Of a stretch of DNA of 64,000 bases, positions 37,269 to 50,990 are shown piece after piece. The notes beneath the pieces were generated by a model. The model worked only from the letters and a program-made list of their open reading frames with translations. It did not search any database and was not told where the DNA came from. The stretch comes from Felis catus (taxonomy: Eukaryota). A program made the translations under genes and the position numbers. Within the stretch, counting starts at the first letter, position 1, and the number at the start of each line of letters is the position of its first letter. The DNA is taken from assembly GCF_018350175.1 (NCBI RefSeq), contig NC_058368.1, positions 162,938,001-163,002,000 on the forward strand, written 5' to 3'.

Positions 37269-40200
37269 ATATTCAAAATAATTTTTAAATGGTGACCAGG
37301 GACACATAACATGCTAAGAAGCCTGTTCACACACAGAGGTAGAAAGGAATGGTAGAATCCTCTGTTCTTATCATCCTTAATTATTCTCATGATCTATCAG
37401 CTAAGAATTCAAGCAAGTCCTCCTTGAATTTTGTTGAAAGTAGAGAATTAGAAATCACCAAACCTGCAAAAAAAAAAAACCCACATAATTTTACTCATTG
37501 GTGTTATTCACCATCTCAACACCTACAACCCTATTTCAGATAGTCACTTTACTTGGCCCCGGAGAATTTCTACATTAAGTGTAAGCAGCAGAGTTAAGCG
37601 TATTCATGGGTAAGAGGTGGGAAAGAACAGGTGTGAAGAGAGAGAGGCAAAGAGGCGCGACGTCTTTGGAATAATCCCTCCTCCAGCCACAAGTTCTCAG
37701 GTAGAATGCATGTGGAGTTCAGGATCTAGAAAGGGATTCCCTTAAAGTTGTGCCAACTCTTTAAAGTGTTCATGTACCAGGTGGAGGCCACCATACTCAC
37801 TCATTTTATCCTTAGCACAACACCATGAAGTAGCTGCTCTTATTAACCCATCTTGTACAGGTGAATATTTGGACAAAGACATGTAATGTAATATTACTTG
37901 TCCAATGTTACAAACTTACTGACCGGCACAACCAGAATTCATATCCAAGTTGTCTCTAAAGCCCACATTCTTAGGCACTATCCTGTATATCTCTCATACA
38001 TACTGTAAATTCAAATAAAAAACATACATACACCATTTTGTTCTGAAGTCCCACAGCAGAGAAAACAATAAGGAAGGAAAAATACATGTTAAATGAGAAA
38101 AAAGGAAATTACTTATGATCTCAAAGATTATTTGATCTAAATGTCTACTACCATGTACTTTATTTAATTCCTAGAAACTTATAACCAATAGAAGAATTAT
38201 GTGATTTGTTTTAATTTTCTGTTTATCTAGCATTACCACTTGGTAATAATTTTTAGATCCTACAGTTTATCTGCTTGCTAAAATCTTCCTGGCAGGAAGA
38301 AGCAGTCAGGAAGGAAAACATAAACATAAATCAGCATTTCTCTTTTCCAGGTCTTGCTCTAAAATCTCATTTGTCCTACTATCTCAAGAGCAGACATTTT
38401 AAAAAGTTGCAATTAGTGTCTTTGGGAGATATGAATCTCTGAATCAATGTTATTGCAGATCTTGGAAGTTTTTTTTTTCTCTTTTTCACACAGCTCTTTG
38501 CCATTTATTTCCCTCAAGTAAGGAATAACCATTTTACTTACATTTCATCAGCTCCAATTTATTACTTTTTCTTAACAACCTCCCAACAAAATTTTTTTAT
38601 CAGCTACTCCAGAAAGAATCCATTTAAAGTGTCAATAATCCCTAGACTAGAATATTTGAGTAGTTAATTAAACTAAGTTCCCATTGAGAGTATTTTTTTT
38701 TCTGCATGACAGTAAAAGACAAGCTGGCTTTTGGAATTGTGGTCTTTAGCTTCAAGCTTCCATTTATTTCTGAATCTGTGTTTTGATTCATGAATTTTTA
38801 AGAGGGTGTTGATAGAAAGAAACCAGAATCTTGCCTGATACCATGCCATAAATCTAGAGTATTTCCATAGCAAAACAGCACCTCTGGGGAAATCTGACTG
38901 CAAGTAATATTAACCTTGAGCTTCAGGAAACTCCATTGTCTATAGTCTAGAGGATAGTAGATTTAGCCACAGTCAACTGTATTTCGATAGTAATTCAACA
39001 TGCTATTGCAAAATTTTGTTAGTAATCAGTTCTCGGTTAGAGTTCCAGTAAAGACCCACTTGTTTGAAATAATGGGGTAAAAATGTACAGCAATAGTGTG
39101 ATCCACAAAGCAGGAGGTATTTCTTGTACATTCTGCCTGTTCTTGTCGTGGTGTTTCAGGCCATGCCCATGCTTGGACAGAGGGAGGGAGAGAGGGAAGG
39201 TGGAAAAGAGAAACATTCTGAGCCTGAAGTGGGGAAATGTTGTTAAAAGTTTAGTGTGTTACATATAGAAAGAATCACACTCCTTATTTCAGATTTGAGA
39301 TGCTGTTAGGCTTTAACGTGTCTAATAGGGCAATAAATTTCTTTGACTACAGACAATGTAAATAGTAACCTCTATTTATTGAATTTCTTTTGTTTTGTCC
39401 TAGATTGTTACAGCATTAATCTTGTCAGTCAAAATTCCTGCCCTGCCAATGTAAATATTTAACATGTCTGAATCTCAACTTCCCTATCTGTAAAATGTGG
39501 AGAACAATGCCTAATTCTGTACTGGGTATGAATTAAAATTAAGTGTATTAAAACCTACTACAGTGCAAACATACTGTAGGTACTCGGCAAATGATGAAAA
39601 TGATCATCATTATTAGGATCAATGTGAAATTCATAGGGAAAGCACCTCATGCAATATATAACACAAAAAGTTGGAACTCAGTATACATAAGGTGCCATTA
39701 TTCCAGAGGCAGATTAGTTCTTGTTCAAGTTATTTAAATTGGATGTGTAGCCTACATCACACATGAACCCATGTGTAGGTCATCATTGTTCTTTTATGAC
39801 AGGAAAAAAAGTAGTTCCACTCTCCCTCCTTGTCAATTCTCTACGATGTGTATTCTTGTTCATGCGCAGATCACCAGAACCAGGCTACATCTCTCACTAC
39901 AAAGATAGAAATGATGGTATGATTAAGGCAAGGTTTAGTTAGTCCAGGAAATAAAAGCCAGGAAAGGAAGGTGATGGGCAGAATTGTGACAAACTGAGTT
40001 TTATAAGAGCTGAGAGCAAAGGAAAATTTGTTGGGAGTTCAGGAGAGGCCTATCACTGATATTAAGAGTTCAAGTCTGAAGAACTGCTTAAGCCCTAAAA
40101 TCCTAGCATTAAAAGTTCCATTTGAAATAGTGATTTTCCAATCTGGCGATTGGGTTCTAGGTACAGGCTCTGCTGAATTTGGGGAATTCACCCTGAGTTA

Positions 40201-40304
40201 CAACTGTAACTCAGAGAGGATTGAAATGAGCTCAGGTTGGAGAAGGACTTTAAGATTCCCACCATGTGTCAGTGCTCATTAGGATCAGGTCATCCAAAAG
40301 TCTG

Positions 40305-40770
40305 TGTGGATTTTAGTCAGTTTTTTAGGACTGGTGTAACAAAGGACCACAAACTGGGTGTCTTAAGCAACAGAGATTTATTGTCTCACAGTTCTGGAGA
40401 CTACAAATCCAAGATCAACATACCAGCAGACTTGGGTGCTTCTAAAGATTGTGGCAAAGAATCTATCCCATCACTCCCTGCTAGCTTCTGATGGTTTGCT
40501 GGTAATCTTTGGCCTTTTGTGGCTTGTAGATGCCTCAACCCAATCTCTGCCTTCATTTTCACATGGCATTGTTCTTTTGTCCATGTCTGTATCTAAATTT
40601 CCCATTTTTATAAGGGCTCCAGTCATATTAGATTAAGGGCACCCTACTTCAATATGACCTCATCTGAACTAATTACGTCCACATGACTCTGTTACCTCTA
40701 AGTTTCTGAGGCACCAAGAATTAACATTTCAACATATAAATTTTGAGGGCATAAAATTGAACCCTTAACA
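40305..40770 (-). mobile_element. MLT1 (MaLR) solo LTR
   Basis: gtaacaaaggaccacaaactgggtgtcttaagcaacagagatttattgtctcacagttctggag...ttttataagggctccagtcatattagattaaggg. Confidence 0.8.
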
Positions 40771-41111
40771 GGATCCTTGTAATTATCACCTGTTGCTAGG
40801 TCTCCCAGACAAAGGAAGGAGCAAAAGTCCACTGAAGTAGAAATATGTGTATGAGTACACAGGAGACAGCCAGTACTGGTTTATTTTTTCAGTGGGGTGA
40901 ATTAGCCAAGATAATAGGGGATTCATTGCAGAAAAGAGCCCCAAGGGTTGGGAGACAAATATCCATGGGTCTTTCTCATTACTGCGTATCTGATGTGAAA
41001 TGTGGAGAAGTTTTAACATGTTAAGGATTTAGAAGCATAATTCTAAAGACCTGATGTTAAGTCCATCCATGAAGATGATGGAAAAACATACCTCATTTAA
41101 AAAAATTAAAG

Positions 41112-41321
41112 TTTATTTATTTATTTTGAGAGAGACAGAGAGAGAGAGAGAGCATGGTTGGGGGTAGGGGCAAGAGAGAGAGGGAGATAAAGAATCCCAA
41201 GCAGGCTCCACACTGTCAGCATGGAGCTCAATGCAGAGCTCCATCCCACGAACCAAGAGATAATGACTTGAGCCGAAATCAAGAGTCAGATGCTTAACCA
41301 ACTGAGCTACACAGGAGCCCC
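41112..41321 (-). mobile_element. Can-SINE (older subfamily)
   Basis: Reverse SINE body. Confidence 0.88.
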
Positions 41322-41571
41322 AAAAAAGTACCTAATTTTAAGATGAAGTTAGATTAGTTTTCTGTGACTACTTATTTGCAATTTATCCCCAAATTTATTT
41401 GAAGAATAAAGGAAAGGAATTAGGTTCTTGGTAGTGAATAATAGAATCAAATTGACAGTCAAAGATTCATCAGGTAATCAGCAGAATTCAGATAAAAATA
41501 GGAACATTTAGTATTTTCTAGGGAAAAGACCAATAAATTAGAATGAATAATGATCTTTTAAATAAGGAGAG

Positions 41572-41790
41572 GGGCGCCTGGGTGGCTCAGTTGGTTAAGT
41601 GTCCAACTTCAGCTCAGGTCATGATCTCACAGCTCGTGGGTTTGAGCCCTGTGTCAGGCTCTGTGCTGATGGCTCAGAACCTGGAGCCTGCTTTGGATTC
41701 TGTGTCTCCCTCTCTCTCTGCCCCTCCCCCACTCATGCTCTGTTTCTGTCCCTCTCAAAAATAAATGAACATTAAAACAATTTTTTTAAA
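41572..41790 (+). mobile_element. Can-SINE
   Basis: Full SINE, TSD aaataaggaga. Confidence 0.92.
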
Positions 41791-42320
41791 TAAATAAGGA
41801 GATTAAGGCTCCTGAGAAAGTTCTCCTGGTTATGGAATATGGTGACCAGTCTGCTATTTGGTGTCAAGAACAATAACTTTTTGGCAATAAATTCTGCTCC
41901 TGCAGAGACTGTATGGTTGTTTTTAAGAATTGTTTAATTTTGTAGATTTTGTTTTATTTTGCATGAATCCATCAGCTCTTCTTTACTTCCATTCCCTGTC
42001 TTATTATTATCCAATCCATTTAAAGTGTTTGCTTTGGAAGTCAGTGTTGTTCAAGCAAAAGTACCCACATACTGCCAATTTTCAGCAGTTAGTTATGTAC
42101 CACACCTCACTAAACACAGCTGAATTTCCAACCAAAGCAGTCACTGATTCAGCAGCACTATCAGAGGTCCTTGCTCTTGAAATGTCAAAAGACAACCATT
42201 AAGTGACATTCTGTGAAAGAAAAAAAATAAATGCATGTATGTTACCACAAGCCCAACTCTTGCCTCAAAGAAAAAATTAAATATTAAATGTATATATTGA
42301 ATTTATAGGTCATACTAGAA

Positions 42321-42322
<2 letters not shown>

Positions 42323-42366
<44 letters not shown>
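42323..42366. repeat. (GT)n microsatellite
   Basis: About 22 perfect GT units. Confidence 0.95.
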
Positions 42367-42368
<2 letters not shown>

Positions 42369-44179
42369 AATCAAATGCTTTGGTTCTAAAAGAAACATAT
42401 CTTACTCTACAAAAATACCTCACATTACTCTAAAAGCTCTGTCTGATCAGTCAACATTGCATTCACAAAATGTGGAAGGGTTGGTTTCTCTGTCTCCTTT
42501 TTAAGTAACCCTAATAGTAGTTTTATTTTTCTTCCTTTTTTAAAAATTTTAACTCTTATTTTTTCTAGTCAGTCACGGTATAGTATTAGGGCTGGTTTTC
42601 AATAAGCATTAATCCATTCATTCAATAAGCATTCTTGAACGAGAGAGAATATAGTGATTAAAAACATGGGTTTGGACATTAATCTACCTGAATTTGTATC
42701 TTGACTCTGTCATTTACCAGCTCTATGTATTGTTTCAGGGCCTTGGTTTCCTCAAATAAGGATAACAGTACTACCTCTCTCCTAGAGAGGTTGCTGATTT
42801 AAGACATGCATTCACACCAGTCTAAGAAGCTATTGCTGGAGCAGTGGGGAAGGGAATAAGAATAAGAGTTAGGTCAATGCAAGGCTGTAAGGGCTATGGA
42901 CCAAGTAGATTTCCTTGGAATTAAGAGTATGTTTGGCAGGCAAGAACTGATGTTGCAGTAAGAGAGAGCAGCACATAAATGCATGCCAATGCATAAAATG
43001 AGAGCACCTTTGGGGAAATTCCAATAATTTTTCAAGGCTAGAATGAAAGTGAGTCTAAAGAAATGGTGAAAAAGTGAGCATGGAGAAGAAGGGGTGAGCT
43101 CACATATCTTTAGGCTTGTTTTATATATGGTGTTATATATGTGGCAAAAATTTATAGTATTTTAACTTTAAATTAAATAGCTTACTTTTATTGATCACCT
43201 GAAGCAATTTAAGACCCATCATAAATAATAATAAAAAAAAAGGTTTTCATTCTGTTCCTTTAATGAAAACGAGAAATAATAAGCACCACCTTCCTTTCTG
43301 GGGAAATAGGAAAACAGGGTCCAGCATTGTCTATTACCATTGCCATTGTCACAAAATATCTTGAAAGGACCTGAAGATTTTGGAATCTCAAGCAACTGTG
43401 ACTAATCGGTGACACAGATTACCTTTCTTTCTCTGATAATTCAATACTCTTTTTCTTCAGGGAATTGCACATTCACCTATTTGATATAATTCTAACAATG
43501 TGTCCATCCACCCAGATTGGCCAGTCAAGCATCACATGCCTCCAAAATTAATGATTATTCCAGAAGCAGACACTTGACCTAAACAGAGCCGATCAACTCT
43601 TCTCTGGCAATTAATATGAACTCTGGATGATGGGAGCTCTCCTTCTGTTTATATAACTCTTGTCTCTCCAGGGACAACATTGACACCACATGTAGAAAGC
43701 CTGCCTGAAGGGAAAATACAGAAGAGAAGAGCCAAGACATAGAGAAAAAAAGAAAAAGGAAAAGATATGCTGCATAGAATCAAGTCCTAAACTAGCAATA
43801 ACCATCTGGATTATCAGTTATACTTGCCAATACATTTCATTTTCTTGTTAAATCAATTTAATTGAACTTCTGATCCTAGCAACCCAAAGACAAGAGAGAT
43901 GATCTAGAGTATGCAAATTTTGATCAGGATAACCAAATAGACAAAATAAAGTAAGCACAGGCATCTCTGCATATTATATCCATTTCATGTATCTTGGTAA
44001 ACATTTCAATAAAAAGTTCTTATATATTTTTACTTAAAAGGGTCTTGAGAGATTCCAACTGTCAAAAATCCCCATCCCTAAATAGAATCACCTATGTTTC
44101 ATGAACTCACTAAAAACTCTCTTTTGTCTTTTGTTTTTTGTTTTTTCTTTCAGGAATCACATGAGGAGATAGGCAAGGT

Positions 44180-44400
44180 GATTAAGGGCAGAGACTTTAA
44201 AGCCCTACCAGAATGCTTTGCCACTTACTAGCTATGTGACCTTCACTAAGTCACTTAACCTCTTTGTGCCTCAGTTTCCTCTTTTATAAAATGGTATAAT
44301 AATTGTTCCTATCTCATAAGGCTATTACAAAGATTAAATAGGTTGGTATATGTAAGAGGCTCAGAGCAGGGCTGGACATATAATAAATATCACACAAATG
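44180..44400 (+). mobile_element. MIR
   Basis: MIR core gccacttactagctatgtgacctt...aagtcacttaacctctttgtgcctcagtttcctc. Confidence 0.8.
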
Positions 44401-46791
44401 TTTAAAAAGAATATGATGCTACTTTTTAAGCCGTGGTATAGAACTGCAATATACATTTTATTAAATAAATAAATGCAAAGAATAATCTTCATAGAATTAA
44501 TGTGGTCACTAACATTTTCGTTAAATGGTGAATTTTAGATTAATGAAGTCTATATAAATCTGTGTCTGACTCTTGTAATTATAAGCTATTTTGTATACTT
44601 TTTTCAGTTACTGAGGTATTCAAAAAATTAACATCCAAATGTGCACACTTAATCTGAATCACTTGACAACTAAATTGCTTCCTAAGAACTTAATTTAAGG
44701 CAGACTACAGGAATCGCTAATTCAATTAAGAGGTAGAAGTCAGTGGAGGTAATTACACCGGTTCTACCACAGCGAACTCTGACATGGGAAGATGACTTAG
44801 CCCAGCCCTGCCCAGTTCTCAACAGTAAAATCAATGGCAGGGAATGAGCTATTCACCAAGTTTAGTAAGTAAACAGATATTAGTTCATTGCAATTAAGTC
44901 TTGATCCATAACTTGTATTTGTGAGTAAATTATAACTTACAAATTGCAGACCAGCTTAACAGTTTTAATATTTACTAAAAATTAAAAAAAATTAAACACT
45001 TAGAAGAACAGACAGAAAACCAGCATTATCCCTTATAAGAGACTTTAGTTAAAATCATATAATCTATCTGTGTCTCAAGGTCCTCATGAAATAAACATAA
45101 TGTTTGCCCTACTCAAAGCAAAGATTGCTGTGTGGTTCAACAGAAATAATGTTGATCAGCCTTTTTAAAGATACGTGATGTGATTGCAAACTACCTCTTC
45201 TATATGACTTAGGATCTTCCGGGCAATATTCATCAGGCACTTCCTATAGTGGTACTAACAATTGGATCCTTACTATGAAGCACATATTATTTCCATTTTA
45301 CGATGTGTAAATTGAGACATAATAATGATAAATATTGGGTCAAAAATGACTCACAAAGCAAGTTATGGAGTCCAGATTCAAATACAGGTTGAACTATCCT
45401 AAAAATGTTTACTTAACCCAGATGCCCATGCTCACTTTCCTCAGGCGTCCCATTGATTCCAGCCTTGGCTCTGGAATCATATCTGTGAAGGGTTTGCTTT
45501 AACTTACTCAGTGTTGACAACATCTTGCCTCAAGCAACTGCCCCAGGGCCTTCCAAATCGGTGCCCTGAGAGTCCTGTAGGATTCCATTCAGCACGCACA
45601 CAAGTGCAGATCGGAGTAATGACACCAGATAACCTTTAATCAGTGCAGAATGAGAGTGAAGGGCAAATGCTCTGTCGTGTGCACCCGCAGGTAGACAGTT
45701 TTGAGATATTCTACACCTTCCCTTGAAGGATGGAGCTCTTGTCACCTACAGCAGTGACCATCTCAGTAACTTCTTTTGGTCTTGGTTTCTCCTGCCTCCC
45801 TGTTTGATCTTCCCCCTCACTGCTATCCTGTCTGCTTCCCAAATAACCACTGGCCCACAGATGTTTTATTAAGACTATGCTTTTAGAAGATCTCAGATTA
45901 AAAGGTGGATTAACTGAAGAATTATCGGAGATCAAGTTTCAACTAAATTAAGAACTCTTAATATCAGGCACTAATTTTTTTAAAAAAAGGGCCTTATTAT
46001 TTTAGGTGTTGTAGACAAAACAAAAAGACATAATTGGCAGAAAGTACTCACAGTTCTGGTCACAGGAGAATGAATTTCACCATTTGGATATTCTTACTCA
46101 GGATAGATGGGATAGAGATGAATACCATGTTTATGGGCCTCTTAGGCAAAATCCAGTCTCCACCACACTTCCACATTAATGCTTTATTTTGTTTTTACAG
46201 GAAATACTCTATTGGCTTACAAGTAGGGCCTCAAAGCATAATTAGATCAAGCAAATGTTATCTGTACCTGCTCCACCACCTCTAGACTCACGGTCTAGAC
46301 TCTTGTGCTTCCTCTGTATGTATTCAGTTTCCCAGATCCTGTTAATTAAAATAAGTCTGCTTGAGATGCATCTCCACTAAGGCAGACAGAGTAGAAAGAG
46401 GGAAATGGAGTCAGGGACAAAGGGACTGTTGTTTCTCTTTACTCATTTAAGACACAGTTGATCTATTTGGATTACTTTTCTTAGGGAAAAAGTTTACTAA
46501 ACTTAGTAACTACAGTTAGAAATCTATTTCTTTCTAGTTACTATTTCTCTGATTAGGTCATTCTGGCCAACACAGCATTACTTACTTCAGGTCTATTGCA
46601 TGTTTGGGACCCCCTTTCTGAATTCTGAACATCTCCACATCACTTTCTCCTCTGTCTTCTGAAGGGGGAAGAAATCTTCCACACGATGCAATATTGAATA
46701 TTTTCTACTGTTTAAATTATTGTTAAGGCTAGGGTTTCTGGAGATTCATTATTAAGGTGGTTGCTACTATCAACAAAAGTGCTCACTGGAA

Positions 46792-46977
46792 GGGGCTCCT
46801 GGGTGGCCCAGCTGCTTGAGTTTCTGACTCTTGATTTCAGCTCAGGTCATGACCTCATAGTTGTGAGATTAAGTCCTGTGTTGGGCTCCATACTGTCCAT
46901 GGAGCTTGCTTAAGATTCTCTCTCTCTCTTTCCCCAACCCCTACCCCACCACTTGCGCTCGCCCTCTCCCTCAAAAA

Positions 46978-47024
<47 letters not shown>

Positions 47025-47038
47025 AATAAAAATAAATT
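46792..47038 (+). mobile_element. Can-SINE with long (TAAA)n tail
   Basis: TSD aaaagtgctcactggaa. Confidence 0.9.
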
Positions 47039-47674
47039 AAAAAGTGCTCACTGGAATAAAATTAGTATGCATTATTAATCTCCCTTGCCATCAGTGTTCC
47101 ATTTATAAAGCTGGGATGATAAGATCTACTTCACACAAAGAGGATTAAATCAGAAATCTATATAAGCCTCCTAGCACAAAGTGTGGTATATTCTAGTTAC
47201 TCAAAATATATAATAAATATTCAGTCCTTTCTTTGTTGTCTAGAAATGAGAGCCTTTAGTTACTCCTGATTATAGCAATGTGCATATTACTAAAATTAAA
47301 TAATAATAGCTATTACCTGTACTAATTATATGTCAGGCACTTTTCATATCCTTTGTCATTTGATCCTATACTGTGTGAATTAGGCACACAAATCCCAACT
47401 TTAGAGATATAAAGAAAAGGAGGCAAAAAGTACCTAATTTACTAAGAACACACAGTTTAGCTAGCTAGAATTCAAACAGGTCTAACACAAAAACCCAGGC
47501 TATTAACCAAATGGATACTTCTAAATATCACTAAATTACTAGCTGGTTAAAAACTTAATACAAGTTCTAATGAAATATAACCCAGTGATAACCACAAGAA
47601 GAGCATTCTAATGATATAAGCTGAAAATCCTGTCAAATTAATCAGAAATTCTGTTCTTTAATAAATACAGATTA

Positions 47675-48128
47675 TTATGTGGAAAAAAAGGAACACATGA
47701 GAGTTCCTTTTGGTAGAAATATAAACTGGTATAGCCACTCTAAAAAATAGTACTGAGGTTCTTCAAAAATTAAAAACAGAAATATCAGATGATCCAATAA
47801 GTCCACTAGTGGGTATTTACCCAAAGAAAAAGAAAACACTAATTCAAAAAGTGTTTTGCACAATACATTTATTGCAACATTATTTACAACAGCCAAGATA
47901 TGGGCAATCTAAGTGTCTGTCTATAGATGAATGGGTAGCAAAATGTGATACACACACACACATACACACATACATACATACACACAATGGAATATTATGC
48001 AGCCTTAAAAACAAATGGGATCATGCCATTTGAGACAACATGCATGAACCTAGAAGTTATTACACTAAGTGAAACAAGTCAGACTGAGAAAGAAAAATAC
48101 CATATAATTTCACTCAGAGGTGGAATCT

Positions 48129-48188
<60 letters not shown>

Positions 48189-48535
48189 GAAAGAAAGAAA
48201 GAAATGAACAAACAAAAAGCAGAATTGGAGCTATAAATACAGAGAATAAACATGGTTTCCAGAGGACAGGGCTGTTGGAGGTTTGGCCAAATGGGAGAAA
48301 AGAATATGGGTAGAGGGGGAAAAGGCTTCCAATTATGGAATGAATAAGTCACAGGAATAAAAAGCACAGCATAAGCAATGTAGTCAAGGATATTAAAATA
48401 GCAATGTAACAGGACAAATGGTAGCTACATTGTGATGAACAGGGCATAATGTACAAATTGTCAAATCACTAAGTTGTACACCTGAAATTGATGTAACATA
48501 GTATGTCAGTTATACTCAAATTAAAAAAGTAAAAA
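47675..48535 (+). mobile_element. L1 3' end with an internal (GAAA)n at ~48130-48203
   Basis: ORF2 tail and 3'UTR text (ctagaagttattacactaagtgaaacaagtcagactgagaaagaaaaataccatataatttcactc; gttgtacacctgaaattgatgtaac). Confidence 0.85.
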
Positions 48536-48879
48536 TAAATACTGACTATTCAACATGCTTAATCAATGTAGATGTTTCATATGTTAGAAATTTCACAAAA
48601 TTTCAAGCTCAGAATAAACCAAGTGTTTGTGGCATAGAAATCGGGGCAAATGTGGAATTGGTGGGGCATTGTACATAATCTTAACTAATAGGACGGTTTC
48701 AAATGTGTTCATGTAACTGTTAACACCGCTACACAGAAATACCCTTTTTTAGTAAAAAGCTGTAAGATACTGCATCACTGTTGGTAGGGAATGTTGTATT
48801 TGTATGTCTGCCCATTCTGGAATATTCTACTCTTTTTCTAAATGGTATACTACTGCACGTAATTTACTTTATTCCTAAA

Positions 48880-49030
48880 GCAGTAGTTCTCGACTATGAC
48901 CACATACTGTTATTCTGTAGGGAACTTTAATAAATGCCTGGGTCCCGTCCTTGGAGATTGTGATTTAATTGGCATGGGGTGTGACCTGGGCTTCAGAAAT
49001 TTTTAAAGCCCCCAGATATGGCTACTGTGC
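48880..49030. mobile_element. hAT-Charlie MER5-like element
   Basis: TIRs cagtagttctc ... gagaaccat with typical internal text. Confidence 0.7.
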
Positions 49031-49799
49031 ATTCAAGGTTGAGAACCATCCTCCTAAAGCATGTTATAGGAAATATACATTTCACATACCTTTGCATGGC
49101 TTTGCTTCCCTATGAAAAGTAACATTCTTGAATGACTCAGGCTTACTCTCAGAGTAGATTTCAGGAGCTATACACTCTGCAGCGTTCCTGCCCTCTTTGC
49201 CGTTCTGTGCAATATACTTGCTAGTATCTTGGCATTGGCCCCAGAGGGGCTTCACAGAGATGTTCTCCGCTTAACTCATGAGCTAGAATTGCTTGCAAGT
49301 TTTCTTTGCTCACCAAACAAGCATTGTACCAATTTACAATGCCACAAGAAAGTCAACTGGTATTCCTCAGAATAAATTGGATACTAGCAATAAGTCTCCT
49401 AAATACAAAGGTCATGATAAAGAGGAGATACTTAGTTTCAAATACCTGGATTTCACAAAGCAAAGGGATATGTTCTAAAAAGTGAAATTTCTATGTCTCT
49501 ATAATTATCTAATGCATGTTAATTGATTCCAAGAGTTGTTAATTTGGAAAATAGTAGCCCTGTGGTAGAAGATATTCATGGTATAATTACTCAAGTTTAA
49601 ATGTCATTTCTGCAGAATCTTGGAACATTTCAAATACATGATGGTAAGTCAGTATTTCTGTTAACATATGTATTTGTTTATTGTTTCAGAAAACTGAAAT
49701 GAAAAAGTATATTCTTTCTAATTCCTTCAGGGAGCTAGTTAATAAATGGAAGTTCTTTTGGATACTCTAACTGATTTCAAACCAGTTTATTTATTTTTC

Positions 49800-50990
49800 T
49801 TATTAAAGCATTTCTTTTTTCTTCAAAATTTTATTTAAATTCTAGTTAGTTAACATATAGTGTAATATTGCTTTCAGGAGTAAATGCAGTGACTCATCAC
49901 TTACATATAACACCCAGTGCTCAAAACAAGTACTCTCTTTAATACCTACCCCCCATTTAGCCTTTCCCCCACACCCTCCCTCCATCATCCCTCACTTTGT
50001 ACTCTACCATGAATATTCTCTTATGGTTTGTTTCCCTTTCTCTTTTTTTCTCCCTCCCATATGTTATTCTCTTTTGTTTCTTAAATTCCACTAATGAGAG
50101 AAATCATATGGTATTTCTCTTTCTCTTCCTGACTTATTTCGCTTAACATAATATGCTCCAGCTCCATCCACATCACTGAAAATGACACGATTTCATTCCT
50201 TTTGTTGGCTAATATTCATTGTATGTATATACCACATCTTTTTTATCCATTAATCAGTCGATGGATATTGGGCTGTTTTCATAATTTGGTTATTGTTGAT
50301 AATGCTGCTGTAAACATCAGGATACATGTACCACATCAAATCTGTATTTTTGTATCCTTTGGGTAGATACCTAGTAATGCAACTGCTGGATTGTAGGGTA
50401 GTTCTATTTTTAACTTTTTGAGCAAACTCCATGCTGTTTTCTAAGTGGCTGCACCAGTTTGCATTCCCATCATGGTGCAAGAGGGTTCCCCTTTCTCCAC
50501 ATCCCTGCCAACACTTGTTTCTTGTGTTGTTAATTTTAGCCATTCTGACAGGTGTGAGGTGGTATCTCAATGTGGTTTTGATTTGTGTTTCCCTGATGAT
50601 GAGGGATGTTGAGCATCTTTTTATTTGTTTATTAGCCATCTGGATGTCTTCTTTGTAAATATGTCTACTCATGCCTTCTGCCCATTTCATTACTGGATTA
50701 TTTGTTTTTTGGGTATTGAGTTTGAGAAGTTCTTTATAGATTTTGGATACTAACCCTTTATCAAATATGTAGTTTGCAAATATCTTCTCCCATTCCATTG
50801 ACTGCCTTTTAGTTTTGTTCATTGTTTACTTTGCTGTGCAGAAGCTTTTTATCTTGATGAAGTCCTAACAGTTCAGGTTTGCTTTTGTTTCCCTTGCCTC
50901 CAGCAACGTGTCTAGTAAGAAGTTGCTACAGCTGAGGTCAAAAGGTTGCTGCCGGTGTTGTCCTCTAGGATTTTGATGGTTTCCTGTCTC
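49800..50990 (-). mobile_element. 5'-truncated carnivore L1
   Basis: ORF 50250-50822 is the L1 ORF2 C-terminus (EWEKIFANY...[12 protein letters not shown]), followed by the 3'UTR. Confidence 0.92.

Noticed and set aside
50250..50822. 190-aa ORF, the longest in the track
   Set aside because: C-terminal remnant of L1 ORF2 in a 5'-truncated element, with a frameshifted tail.
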